In this document: one piece after another, positions 1-13,596 of the stretch | How the letters are laid out: each line of letters begins with the position of its first letter | Numbering within the stretch: the first letter of the stretch is position 1 | Source of the DNA: Haplodiscus bocki | Taxonomy: Eukaryota | Direction: 5' to 3' | DNA: 64,000 nucleotides | Assembly: GCA_965655095.1 (NCBI GenBank) | Contig: OZ296653.1 | Span: forward strand, 96,100,001-96,164,000 | Translations under genes and position numbers: made by a program | Notes under the pieces: generated by a model | What the model was told of the DNA's origin: nothing | Databases searched by the model: none | Seen by the model: only the letters and a program-made list of their open reading frames with translations

Positions 1-110
1 TTTGACTTTTTCGGACGAACTGTTGATTCACAGCAGTTGTAGTATTCATAAAAGTCAATCACATCTCCGAGTATGATTTCAATTTTTTTGGGATCCGTGA
101 TCTTACCCGA

Positions 111-166
111 CAAGCCAAAGTGTGTTGTACAAGCCAAAGTGTGTTGTACAAGCCAAAGTGTGTTGT
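111..166 (+). repeat. 19-bp tandem repeat x3 (caagccaaagtgtgttgta)
   Basis: Directly visible, near-perfect copies. Confidence 0.95.
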
Positions 167-1747
167 GAAGTTCCATTTCGCTTCTGTGCTAGTCTTCGTT
201 CTAAAACCGAAATAAGATTTTTACGAGTGGCGAGGCTGAAAGGGAGCATCTGAAGGATCACAACTGCGTCTGCGTTGTGTGGAATTTCCTACAGCCTTTT
301 GGCGTAGATGAGGAACTTTCCGGAAAAAAACTATTTTTTTGTCTTTTGAACGGAAAACTTTCGGATGGTTTTGTCGGACGTGTCCAGAAGAGTATTTCGG
401 GGAATTTTTTCTCGAAAGTCAGCAGATGACGTAGACAGATTTGCAAAGGGAAGAAAAACAATATTGAGTGACTAATTTTCCGTGATAATTTTCGACGGAA
501 AATATTAAGACCCCTGTTCGCGTTAGGGCTATTGCTCAACCCTTAGAAAAAGCGATTTTTAAATCTAAATCCAAGGAAAAATTAAAACTAACCTCACGAA
601 GTTTCGACGATGAATGAAAGGCTTAGGATTTAGTCTTTCTCATAAATATCAATAGTGATTAGTGCAGTTTGTATATTTTTTGTTTAAACTTAATTTAAGG
701 AATCGATAAGATTACGAAGTAAATTTTATTTTTACCTACCAACTTAGCATCCCGAAGTTGTGCCGATAATGCAAACAATGCACCATCGATGAACCGGATG
801 ATAAAATTATTACAAATGAAAGGCTTCGACTTTGTGGCAGCAGTTAGGATACAAGTTGAATAAAGAGTGAATTTTGGCACCACTAGATCGACCTTGTAAT
901 TTAATCGAGATACCAAGTCGGAATTGCACAATTTCAAGATTAAATTTCGTGTAAACAAACTTTCTACTTCGCCCAGCCTAGCAGAATTTTCTGATTGGCT
1001 ACATGCCCACTATGCTTGGTCACGTGATCAAACACGGTGTAAATACCCAGTGCTCAGCCACAAATTTCAGTTGCTCGCTTCCGTTCACTTGCCTCCACTT
1101 ACCCGATGCGTCACTCTCCTCCTATTCACTTCTAATTTCTCTGGAGATTTGTCTCTTCGGAAATTCCTCAACATTATGTTAAATATTCTATGCCTTCTTC
1201 GCCTGCAAAATTATCTTAGCCACAATTCTTCATCATCCTTTCGAAAATGTTCAGACAAAACCGGCTGGAAAATTGTCGTGGCTCTAGTGCCACATCATCT
1301 ACAACCCTATTCTTTCAGGTGGACGGCTGGAAGTAGCTTCATCCTGCGATCATTCCAGCGAATTTTTAAACTCAAACACTTCGGTTTTCTCGGTTACATT
1401 TTCGATTCGGCAATGTAGAGTTAATCTTGCTAGCCAATTTTACTTTCCCAAAAATCCAGTTAGTTTACACATTACTGGTTTTTCAAAAATTATAAGATTA
1501 GAAATGGAATCCCCCTCAGTAACGTCGCGAAGGGAATACTGCGTTTTAGACAAAAGGGCATTAGGAAAAATAGCTCAGTAACCGCAAAATGCGAGCCTTA
1601 ACTGAGTCTCTGACAAAAAGTAAAAAGCTAAAACAATTTGAATCTGTCCGGTAAATTCGGGACTACGTCACGGTTAGGACAAAATTGGAAACTAACGGTT
1701 CAGTTGCTATGGTACGCAAGTTGCTGAGTCTTACAAAAGCGATAATA

Positions 1748-1990
1748 CATGTAGCTCCTTCGTCAGCGGAATACGCGTGACAAATAGAGGACCCTAATAA
1801 GCTTGACTTGGTCAACTGCTTTTTGCATGTTACCAGAGTTGTAGATCATAGGCCTAAATTTGAAACCTCACTATTTTTCGAGGTAAAATTCATGTATCAT
1901 CCTTGTCAGCGGATTACATTTGATAAATAGAGGACCCAAAGTAGATTGACTCGGCTAACTGATTTATGCATGTTACCAGAGTCGTAGATA
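1748..1990 (+). repeat. Imperfect direct repeat, ~100 bp unit, period ~143 bp
   Basis: catgta...gtcagcgga..aaatagaggaccc...gcatgttaccagagt.gtagat at 1748 and 1891. Confidence 0.85.
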
Positions 1991-3750
1991 AAATTTGATA
2001 TCCACTTCTGTAGCACAGCGTGGTGATGTTCTCATTGCAACGTTATAATAAAGAGGCGTACGTTGATTTAGAAATGCATTGGAGCCAATAGGGTTTTTTT
2101 ACCGTTCGTAACATAATCAAAGAACCTGTTTTCGTTTATATGTGTCCGAAAACGCATGTCCGCAGATCTTATGGGCTTTTGAGGAGTAAGGACTCCTGAA
2201 TCTAAATTGAAGGAAGATTTTTGTTCCGTGAGTAATCGCCTGAGAAAATGAGGATTGGAAGTAACCATAAACGTCAAAACGAAAATTATGCCAGAAAATT
2301 TTTCATTTTAAATAAAAACGCCAACAGTTGAAAGTGAACCAGCCAGGCAGATAGTTCGATAGCGAATAAGACCAAAATACAATTGAAAACTAAACAAGAA
2401 AAAAAATCCGCCGCAGCAGAGCCCCAGCGTCCAAACAGCCGGACAATGTTCTGAAACGTTAGTCCCAAATGAAACTTAAAACAGGTAATCCGTTTTGATG
2501 TTTTCGTGTTACTTGTAGCTGTTCTTTTGACAGTACCTCCTCCTTCGGTATCACTTGAAATCTTCATAAGTTTTTCTCTTTTTTTCACTTTTGACCAAGA
2601 AGTAATATCCACTGGTTTACGAATGTTGTATTTTACACTTTCAATATGGGAGAGTACTGAATTCGTCATTTTGCTTGAACCTTTGATTCAGAAGCCCCAA
2701 AGATCTACTCTTTGAAATTTACTTGAAAGCTTAAACTGAAGTCTCAAAACTCAATCTGATGGAGGAGAAGCTGTGTTACCACTACTTTTGGAACAAGTTT
2801 CCGCATGAATCAGACTTATGACAAATCCGATATATCACTTTTTTCTAAATCAAAGTCGTTAATTTTAGTTATCCCCACGCAAAGTAGCTGAACAAAACCT
2901 TACTAGTCTTCGGTGCTTTGGCCGATTACTTTATCCATCAACGATATCTGATGAAAATGTTTAGCGGAAATAGGGTTTCTGAATGAACTGAGGCTTTTGC
3001 ATTTCTCTTCTTCAGTGAATCATCATTACCAACTTGATTTTCTTCTGCGTAGCCTTACTGTAACGAAAAAACTACTAGGCAGGAAACTACTAGCTCCTTG
3101 GATACATTCTGAATTAGTCACGAAAGTTTCAGGTAATCCTAAATTCACCTGGTTTTTATAAACTTTCAGTGGAGCAGTACTTATAAGTGGACTTGCTGAA
3201 GGGAATTGACCTAATGATTAGTTTGCTGAAGTTAAAAAGTCGAACATCCGACAACGAACGTTCTGAGCAGCTTCTGGGGGCAGATGTTTTCTTCTGATGT
3301 ACTGCTACGATCGGCATTGGAATAGCAAGTTTCCCAATTCCGGATCATCTAGTGCGTTATAAAACCTAATGTAAGCTGCCACGTAACGCTGATAGTTTTG
3401 ATAAAATTTTTAATTGAAGGATGGACACGGATTCCGCCCAAGGAAAATTGCTGCATGGGAGAGGTGACAAGCCATGGCTGCACCAACTCTTTCAGTTTGT
3501 CCCAAAGGCCCGACATCCTAGGTTAGAAAGGTGCATAATTCTTTAATTGTTATCCGACCTTTTTTTATGCTAATGCTTAGTGTTTTCTGAAATTTTTTCA
3601 TTTCATAGAATCCAGAACGAAGGATTACCATATAATAACTGACGTAGGGTGTGCGTTTTATGTGGATTGTCTTTGCAAAGGTCGTATATGATATCTGTAT
3701 GGGAAGGTGCAGAACGCAGGTATTTGTATTGTTTGACCTGTTTGTAGGCG

Positions 3751-4498
3751 GATGATTGTTTTGAGAGGGTGAAAGGTTCGATTGTACTTTACCAATTGAT
3801 TTGAAATGATAATGTGAATGTTAAGTGTACGCTCTTGTTACAAAAGGAAATTTATCGGAAAGTTCTGTAAAGAAATGTTTCGTATGGAAAAGATGTCACG
3901 ATTGATTAGGAAAAGTTTTGAAAAAGACTTCGATAAACTATTAGAAAGTGAAAGACCAAGGACGATTTTCTTGCAAGAGTGTAATTCAAAAAAGGCAAAG
4001 AGAAAGAACGAGTGAAAAACAACCCATCATTTATGATAATGATCCTAGTAAAATAGTTATTTTTAAATATAATGAAACCCTTATTTAAAAAAAGCAATAA
4101 TAGTTTACTTCATATGTAAATATAATATGACGATTCTTTTGAGAAAGTGAAAGGTTCGATTGTACTTTACCAATTGATTTGAAATGATAATGTGAACGAT
4201 AACTGTACGCATTTGTTTGTTAAAAGAAATTTCTCCGAAAGTTTTGAAGAGAAATGTGTCGCATGCAAAAGATGTCACGATTAGGTAGGAAAAAATTGGC
4301 AACACTATTAGAAACTGACAGAGACCAAGAACGATTTTACTGCGAGAGTGTAATTCAAAAAAGACGAAGAGAAAGAAGGAGTGAAAAACAACCCATCTTT
4401 TTTTTACTATAATCTTACTAAAGTTTTAATTTTAATAATAATGAAACTTTTAAAAAAATCAAAAACAATAATAGTTTACTTTATATGTAAATAGAATA
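3751..4498 (+). repeat. Tandem duplication, ~378 bp unit x2
   Basis: gtgaaaggttcgattgtactttaccaattgatttgaaatgataatgtgaa is identical at ~3769 and ~4147; similarity continues to the unit ends. Confidence 0.92.
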
Positions 4499-6759
4499 TT
4501 TGAAACAATAATCATACATGTCTATTAAAATTAGAAAAGAAATTAACTTTTTTTTAGAAAAAAGAATTTAAAGTGTTTTTCTGTCAGAAACTATGCAGCA
4601 ACAGATTTCTGTTGGTTCAGTTGACATGCGGATTATGCAAACGACTTGGAAAATAAAATTGTAAATGGAAGAGCTTCGGTAATCACGTTATCATTCTGAA
4701 GTGGATGGATTTTTTGAAGCACACAACGGAATGAATGGCTCAAACTTGCAAAAAAAATCGGTAACCTGAGAGTGTTTTGGGGAAGATAACGAATTGTTTT
4801 CGATGGTCAACGATATAAGATTTATTCTCGAGTAGTCAGGAGATGTCTTTTTTTTGTAATTTTTGACGTTCAAGTTGAATTTTTCAGCAACTGGCGATAA
4901 TTTGATGCATGGAAGTGAAGAGTGTATGAAAAGTGCAATGTCACCTATGTGTTGAAGTGTAGGTAAAAGAACTTGGGAAGTTCCATTTATGTTTGAACCA
5001 TCGCGTGTTCTTCATTTAAACAATTTGGAGTTCGTTGACGTCTAGGTTCTTCAATATGATAAATCACTCAAGCAGAAGTTAACTGGATAAATTTAACTTT
5101 TGGCTTCTGAGTGTAATCAAAGTTCAATTATAATCAAAGCATGGACTGTTTTTTACCTAAACATCTGGTTCAATTTTTCATGTTTTTTTAAGGTTCAACT
5201 GGAGTTTGGTTTTGCTCTACAACTGACCTATTGATTTCCATATCTGGCCATGATTTTTCTGATAGATATGTGCTCGCTAGCTGAGGCGCAAAAAAGTTTT
5301 TGACGGAGTTTTATTTATCGGATGAGTATAATGTTTATCAGTTGTTCACGGAATGTCTGCCAAAGGCATCCATTCCGTGCTCAATCAAGCTTTCAATATG
5401 ATGAGGTGATACAAACAATTTGAGGTCAAGCAATTTCACTAAGTATGAATAGGGCTTATTTCAACTCTTAAACTTCAATCGCGCAGCTTTTGCTTCGTCA
5501 GAGAGGTCACCTTCGAGGAAACAAGAAACTTCATGCATAATTATGGCATTTGAAATGCCTGTATCAGTTTCTGTGGGCGCTCGGCACCATCCAATTACTC
5601 TGAATCCGCCTCGGTTTTCTGGATGGCGGTAAAATCTTGGATACCAACAACAACATCATGACATGGCGAAGCTAAGGCGTCAAAATTTGAACGCATGACT
5701 GCCTCCCCGAAGGTTACACTGCAGTGGTTAGTTATGGAGAGCTCTACCCGTTCTAGTTCAATTTCAGAGCAATAGAAATGCGCTCTCAAGCCAATCACCC
5801 TATTAGCGGAAGAGATACAGCAACATGGATCATTCTTATCTGCCCCATCGCAAAGTGAGCCATTGCAAACATTTGACGAGCATAGCAATGGCCATCATCT
5901 TTAGGAATTTTTGAAAGTTGAAGTAAGAGTAGTCATTTTGAGTCGTCGCTGTTGGAAGGAAATTTTAAGGCGGAGTGTGGAGTGAGTATGGGATGAGAGG
6001 TTGTGAAGTTGACACCGAGGCTGTGTTAGTGTCGCCCATTTATCCGCGCAAACGAGGGTTCAAAAGCATTACTTTCTCTCCCGGGTTCTCGTGGGCGAAA
6101 AATAGCAATACCGTCTTGGTGTGGTCGATGTTTGCTGTAAACAATGGCACACACTTGTTTCCGATCAAGACCCAATAGTATAAAGCTGTTAAACGTTGCA
6201 GCTCGTGATGTTGTCTTCGAGTTATTTCCTCGTAGGAATAGTATTTAACCGAATCCTGCTCCTTCTTAGCTGCTACACCAATACGCCCTATCCCTAAAGT
6301 TTTGACGGAGAACCTCTCACATAAACAAAACTGTCTACTAGCCTTTGCAGTGAAGATATGTTGCAGGTATTTTAGTTCTTTCAAGAGTAATCTCAGCAAT
6401 CCTATCCCAAGGGCGTTGTGTGTACTTCTCCTTAACAAAAACACCAGTTTCTTCGACAGACGTAGAGGTTTTGAATAAACACTTTTTAGGTAATCCTTAT
6501 CTAAATTAGTATCAGGGATGAGACTTTTTGAGATGCTGAATTTTTCAATTGAGGACGAAACAAAAGTAATATAAGGACATTTTTTGAAATCCAGGATTTT
6601 TTCTTGTTTAACTGGATTTTTTAATATCAATAATATCATTTTAACAAAGATGCAATATGAATTTTTTCGTAAAACGGTGCCTGTTTGTACTCTGTTTCTT
6701 CTAAAATTTTTGTAAGGTCATTAGGTTTTGCGTTCTTGTACATTTTCAGTGTACCTTTT

Positions 6760-7000
6760 CAGCCCATGCAAATGCATTGCCATTATCCCTGAAGTCACAC
6801 AGTTGGAAAATGGAAAGAAAGCTGCACATAGTAAAACCTATGGTTCAATTTCCAGCAGACGTGGATCAATATCGTCAGAGTAACTGTTGATTTGCTGTAA
6901 ACGCATTTTGATTTTGTAAGTGCAGCCAGTAAGGAAAGTGCCATGGTTGGAAACAAAACAATATGCAGTCGGGCAATAATCATCAGGAGTAAACTCGTGA
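6760..7000 (-). pseudogene. GIY-YIG (SLX1-like) endonuclease-like remnant directly downstream of the helicase
   Basis: Manual translation PTAYCFVSNHGTFLTGCTYKIKMRLQQINSYSDDIDPRLLEIEP*VLLC resembles Y-x-L-x-S...Y-x-G-x-T...RLxQHN...PW. Confidence 0.5.
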
Positions 7001-7049
7001 AATTAAGTAAACATTCTGTGTCAGAGGAAACTCAAGGAGGTTGAATTTT

Positions 7050-8470
7050 TTGAGTCAACTGTTTCGACCCAACAAAAGTTTAATTCTTCAGTTGTTTCAC
7101 TCTACTAATAATGACAAGAAATTGATTTTCCCCCATAATTTGAGCACGTTCTTTTCTGCAGGATTAGACGTCGCAATTTGTGTAGCTAATTCAGGTGCAT
7201 CATCGCCGATGCACTTGTGAATCGTTGAGGCTTCAAATGGTTTAAGCGGATATTAAATTCTCCGGACAATGAAGTTTTTATTGGAGGGGTGTGACAAACC
7301 GTCAACTTTTTTGAGTTCTATCAGTCTCTATCCTTTTCCTTCAAAATCACGTGTTCATTAGAATCTGCAATTGGGAGGTCGCGGACGCAAGGCGGTGCGA
7401 CAAGTAATTCAATCGTATGATCTGTGACTTGTGGAATCTTTTTCAGAACGCAGTTGTCCCTGGCAAACGTTCATGTCGGTGATGTTGCGAGTTATTTTCA
7501 TTGGGGCACCCTGATGAATGAACAAGTTTTCCGACTCCAAACAACTTTTATCAAGAGAAGAAACAAAAGCGGCATCCGTGGTTTTGGTCCAAAGGGTATG
7601 GCTTTTTCTTGAAATTTCGTTGGTACATTGAACTGTCACAATTTCGACATTTTGATTTCTGATTGTCCATGTTTGCTCGGATATTAGTTTCCTTCGGGGC
7701 TGTTTCGTCGGGAACTCACGCAAAATTGGCATATTCATGGAGTTTTTTGCCACGTTATAAGCAACTTGCAATGGCGGGCTATTATATTGTCGACAATTTC
7801 TTCGACAGCTGTTTCTTTAATACTGGTCGTGTCCAGAAGGGTCAAAACTCTAGCTCCATCCATTTGAATCGATTATCCGAACATATTCATCAGGGTAAAA
7901 AAACAGTTGAGGTTTGTAAAAAGTAAAGGCGAAATCTACGAGAGGACCTTTTGGTGGACAAAGCTGTTTGGGATCACCATTTCCTGAAACTAATACTCCA
8001 CCCTTTCAGAGATTGCCGTCCTTGATGAAACGCATCGTTTGATCGAGCACAGACCATTGTTGTGAATTTAGCATTCCCACTTCTTGGACCACAAGAACTG
8101 CTAGAGGTATGAGGAAGACTAGCCGCTGTGGCTCTATAAAGTTTTTGAGTGGTTTCTTCGACTCGTTTTATAACGGGTCGATTCGATGAAACTGGAATTG
8201 GCAATAATCTGTGGTGGAGTCCTACAAACTGAGACGTCTTCTCGCCTGCAATTGTTTTCACCGTGCAGTTCAAACCTATGGCCATGGCATATGCAAGCGC
8301 ATTCCTTGTGATTTTTGACTTGCCTGTTCCAGAACGAGCAAGGATGAAATAGTGAGGAATGATTGCGTTTTGACCGCTAAGGTACAGGTTGATTGCTAGA
8401 CTTAATTTGCTAAGTACAACTGTTTGTTTATTATAGCTAGAATTTGTTTGGCTGTGTGATTTTGACAAAG
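7050..8470 (-). pseudogene. Pif1-family (SF1B) helicase domain, frameshifted
   Basis: Motifs I (GTGKS), II (QEVGM for DExSM), III (GD..QL.P) and V (TIHKCIG) are recognisable across frames. Confidence 0.85.
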
Positions 8471-10846
8471 TTGGCTCAAAAACTGTTGGTAAGTCTGTGG
8501 TAGCCTGGAACAGAGTGAATTCTGGAGGACAATTTTCTACTTTTCAACATGCTAGCAACCCTTTGCAATTGTTGTATCGAATCCATGTCAGAAAGTTGGC
8601 AGTTTTATCATTGACACTGTACTTGATCGCTGGTAATGAAACGCGAGGGGGTTCAAGTTGATCAATCAATCCTCTTTCGAAAAACTGTGAAAATAGTGAA
8701 GTATTGAGCTATATTTCTGTCGAACATTCGAGTTGGACCTGGAAGAAACTGTGCCTGCTCTAGAATATACATTTTGACTAAAAACAAAACATTCTGGTGG
8801 ACATTACATTGGGAAAGACCAGACCGTTGGAAACATTCTTTCAAATTGACACAGTCGAAAAGATCCAACTCCGTTTCGAAAGAACCCATTGACAAGAGAA
8901 AATGGATGAGGAATCTCGATGCATCTGATGGGTAGATTTTTGAAAAATAGACTACATCGTTACTTCTAAGACCGCCATTTTTTGATTGAACTGAACGCAT
9001 TGAAGGGTTCTATTGAAATAAGTGTCGGAGTTTTCGAGCTCAATCGTGAATATTTTCGTGTAGCAACTGCAGGAAGTGTTTGAGACGTTGTTTTTTAGTC
9101 AAAATCTGACGAACAAAGCTGTTAATCCATATCATTTCCTCGAAATTGAGTGAATTCCCTTTTCGGTTGTAAGGTTTATTGTGATTCTTTCGAATAGCCA
9201 GAAGTATTGTTTCGGATTTTTAACAAAAAGGAGCTCTGGAGGTTGCGCACTTTGAGCAGTGATGTTGCTAATGGACAGGTTGCTGTCGCTACTGACTTCA
9301 ATGATTTTTCGGCTCGGAGTGAAATCGCCAAAGAAGTGAGTCTTTCCTGGTCGAAATTATCGAAGTAGACAGATTCTGTTTTTGTTTCTTCAATTTCACT
9401 CCTGCTAGACTCTCCATTTCTGAGGTATTTAGACAAACGATGGCAATTGAAGACTTTACAAAGAGTAGATTGAACAATGGCCAATAATTTTCCGTGTCGC
9501 AGATATGTTTAGCATCACAGGCTTTTTTTCGTGTTTTTCAAATCTTTCTGACGATGTTGGACGCTCGCGATTTTGTTTTTTTCCATAGCACCAACCTGTA
9601 TCTTATCGGTTTTCTCCTCGACCAGTAGATAATGAAACTCGCTTTCTCATCAACACCCGCGGCATTTTTCGCAATATAACGAGCCGACAAGTATTTGTCA
9701 CATATTAGCAAGTTGTTTTGCGATTGCGTGTGAATGAAGAAATGTGGGATCATGGGCGTGATGTTTTCGTTTTTCGCTTCGGATAAAACCATTGTCTTGC
9801 TTTCAAATCATCAGTCACAGTTGAAGTTGTATGGTATCCGAGTTTTAGTTGGACAACGCCGCATTTCAAAACTTTAAAAGTGTCCTCCGAATGTTGTACG
9901 TCGACTTGTGAGTGGTAGTATTCCATACTTGGAGGGTAGACTCTATACCTGCATATCGCCTGCCCAGTGGTGTCCGTTCTTTTTTAACAGCGGTAATTAA
10001 CAGCTTAACAGGAATGGTACTGCAACTCGACAGCTTCGGTGTGATAATCATATGCTTCTTTTCTGTTTTGACTGAGGGAATTTTCGCAAAAACTTTCTGC
10101 TTCCATTGAGTTCAGAAGCTGTGCTTTGTTTGCAACAATATGCTTTTGGAATTTTTCATCGGTTTTGTTTTCGTTGACCCAAAAAGGCAGTGAATGTCTG
10201 GCAAGTTACCTTCCGTTGCCTAAAATTCTTAACGCCACGAACTTCTGTTCACCCGGCCAAGGGATTTCTCTCCGTATTTTTCTATGTTTTTCATAACGAA
10301 TAACGACACCCGTTCTTGCATTCGTACGAAAAGTCCCATAAAACAACGGATTACAGTTTCGTAAACATCGTTTGATTCATCGGCGAAACAGTGTTTAATT
10401 GCGTCAAACAATGGTTCACACCAATATGCTGCGACAATACATGTTAGTGGGAAAGTAGTCCGGACACCGTTAAGCGCAAGCTGCGGTTTTTCATTGCAAT
10501 CTCTCGGAACTATCGAGACCGTCCCACAAAACAGCAGTGTTTGGAAGTTCCAAGGCATCTTCATCGCGAAGAAAATCTTGGGAACCACCCTTGAAAACAA
10601 CATAAGGGCTGTGCGAGTTGTTCATTTCTGCGTTCACCCTCAATTCGAATGCTAAACTAGCATAATATATATTAGTTGAAGTGAGTGAGGCTCCGTTTGT
10701 CAGCCTGGTCTTAAGATGGTCGGAAACGGAAGCGAATCCAACTTTGCTATTTAGTTTGTCCGATTAAAGGAGAAGTGAAGGTAGGGCTCGCACGCAACTT
10801 CCATCGATGTCTTGTTTTCAAAAACTGCTGGGGAAAAGTACTGCTT

Positions 10847-10926
10847 CGGGCTACAGAAGTGATTTATGGGGTATACGGGATACAGAAGTGATTTAGGGGG
10901 TATACGGGATACAGAATTGATTTATA
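10847..10926 (+). repeat. 29-bp tandem repeat x~2.7 inside the Helitron ORF
   Basis: cgggatacagaagtgattta.ggggtata repeated. Confidence 0.9.
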
Positions 10927-13596
10927 CGAGCGACAACGTTTTGAAGAAAATGTTCATGTGAATTTGTTGTCCAAATAGGAACTTTTGACTGTTGTAAAGC
11001 ATGGATATAGTTATTCAACAACACTTTACTTGGAACTTTCCTGGTATTTTCTGTTTCCAAGTGAAAGTCAATGGGTCACGCATCAGCGTTTGTCTATAAT
11101 GAAGAAGATTCATCAGATTCGTCGGCAGCTCAATGTAAATACTCATGGGGTTGAAAATTAAGTCCAGTTCAATATTTGAATTAGAGGAAGCCTCCGATTT
11201 AGGCTGATCTTGAACTTTGTCTTCATTGTCACAACTTTCTTTTGACGAAGAGGAATTTGGTTGAGTAAATTTCTCACTCCATATTTTAAATTTTTGGGCT
11301 GATTTTGTGATATTCGCTGAGTGCTTTGAATAGACGGCAGAGTTACATGCAGAATGTGAGCAAACCCATTTTTTCCTTTCGCAGTTGGTCTCGTAGCAAA
11401 GAACAGAATCCGACTGATGTTTCCGAACTTGTTAACAATTGTAATTTCCGCAGGAGAAAAGAGCCTGACCATCCATTCTTTCTAGGAAAGACTGATGTAA
11501 AGCATCAGCATTGAAATCGTCAATTAATTCGTATGCAGCCAAATCCCGTGTTCTTTTGGTGGCTTGTGCATAATACTGCAAAAAGTCAGCGTGTGTGTGT
11601 CATCTTTTATTTGTGAATGTGTCAAACCAGCCATCACGAGTTGTTGCATGCCGGCAAAAGTATGAGCCACGAACAAAGTTTCTGCTGAGCAGAAGGAGCT
11701 TGTATATTCTACCTCGATAGTCAGGAATGTCCATGGGAACATCACAGTCCCTCTCTGTACGTGTTTTTGGGAAATTGAAAAGGATGTTATTGTTACTCCT
11801 CATTGGGAAGTCGTGTGGATATTGTTAGGATGAGCGGATTTTGATATCCAACACATGTATATCAAAATCTTTCTGCAACCCACAAAAAAATCTTCAAAGT
11901 CCATGCATCTTACGTTCTTTGCATTTTTCTCTGATTAGTTTCTCAAATTTGAACTTCAACCTGTTGACAGCCTTTCTGTTTAGTGCATGTCAATTTAGTT
12001 AACAGCGAAGACAGCTGTTTGGGGTAGGGATTCGTGCAGTCGTCCAAAGTTTCAAGCACTTTGACTGAAAAGTTAGACGGGATTTCCAAAAGTGTGCCAA
12101 AATGTTTACTTGATGGAAAACGTCGTCTCGGGGTAGTACCACACCCTGATATCTCTCTTTCTGGATGTGCATAAGTCAAAAACGGCAACTTCTCAAAGTT
12201 CATATCTTTCGTTTTGTTAGGTTCTAGTTGAATTTTGAATGCTTCGTAAAGAGAAACGGTTGTGACATGTTGAAAAGCAGACGTTATTTCTTTTTGTGTC
12301 AGCTTCTGCTCACAGTTTTACAAGAAGTCCACGTAACTTTCATCTGTATGTTTGTTTCAAAAGTAATGAGTGATTAAATCATGGACGTCATGACGACTTT
12401 TCGCTTTTACCGACTCAGATAGGTCTTGCATTGTAGTCGATTTCTGCAAGAAGGTAGGAAATTGGAGCGTACTATTGCTTGACCCACTATAACTTCCTTA
12501 TTCCTCAATAAGGTGACTGCAATGCGAGTTTTGTTTTGGCTGCGCCACTTCGACAAGGTGAAGCTGTTGTTGCACTGAGAAGACTCTTTCGGGTTTGTTT
12601 GGTGAAATGGTTAAAAAAAGGTTGCGAGGTGGATGAACATAAAGTTCAGAATCTCCATTGTGAAGACTGCAAATCCTTGGTATTAGGTTGCCTTCTCCGT
12701 CGATACAAACGGCTGACCGAATATTAATGCTATGGAGAAGATTAAACGCATGAGGGTGTGTTGTTGAAAAACCTCTACATAGAGAGTCGTCAAGAAGTAC
12801 ATGGCGGAAGTACAGATGGATGGAACGTAACATTTTATCAAAAGATAGGGTACTGCAACTTTCAACAAACTCCCAACACCCCCAATCGCGAACAAAATCG
12901 GGAAGTGAGGTTTTTCTTGATGCAAAGACCTTTAAGAACTTTGACTGTTTGTTTTAATTTCCTATGATCTTTTGTTCGGTCAGACACTACAAACTTGGTC
13001 TCGGACACAATTTGTCTGAATTGTTCAGTGAAGCGCTTCCTGGAATGTGAGTTTATACCGAATATCGATTTTGGCTACAGTTTTACGAGCTTCCTGAAAA
13101 CTTCTTGCTTAACCGTCCCGTCAGACCAATAAGTGCAGAGTAAGCTTGGCCAGGCGTGTTTGAAGGGTGTCGAGTTCCGGCATACGTAATGGAAACAATT
13201 GAAACAAAGTGGAATTTGTTCTAAACTCCTTAAGGCCATGCCAAAGTGCCTGTGTGTTAGAACCTTCTCACGGTTCATGTGTCGAACTTGTATATCGTGG
13301 TGAACAGTTGATGTCCTCAGACATTTACTATAAATGGGTTCTGATGTTTCGGTTCACATTAGATCAAAAACGTCTCCCGCAAAAGGTCTCATGTACTCAC
13401 GAAGTTTGCCCTTCAACATAACGTGTTCATTTGCTTCATCCGATTTCCGTTGCTTGGTTTTTCGTTTATCAAACATGTATTCCTTGTCACCGGATATAGT
13501 AATGCATGTGATTAGTTCAGTAAGGTTCATGTTTGAAATGGTAGTTGTATGGTTCAGGCTATGTTGGTTCGAAGTCTTTTCAGGAACCGTTCTGAT

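Noticed and set aside
111-166. Short direct repeats (also 10847-10926) as a CRISPR array
   Set aside because: Units are contiguous with no unique spacers, the context is eukaryotic, and there are no cas genes.
924-1418. 164-aa + strand ORF as a gene
   Set aside because: No recognisable domain and a non-ATG start; at most a weak resemblance to a decayed Penelope-like 3' end.
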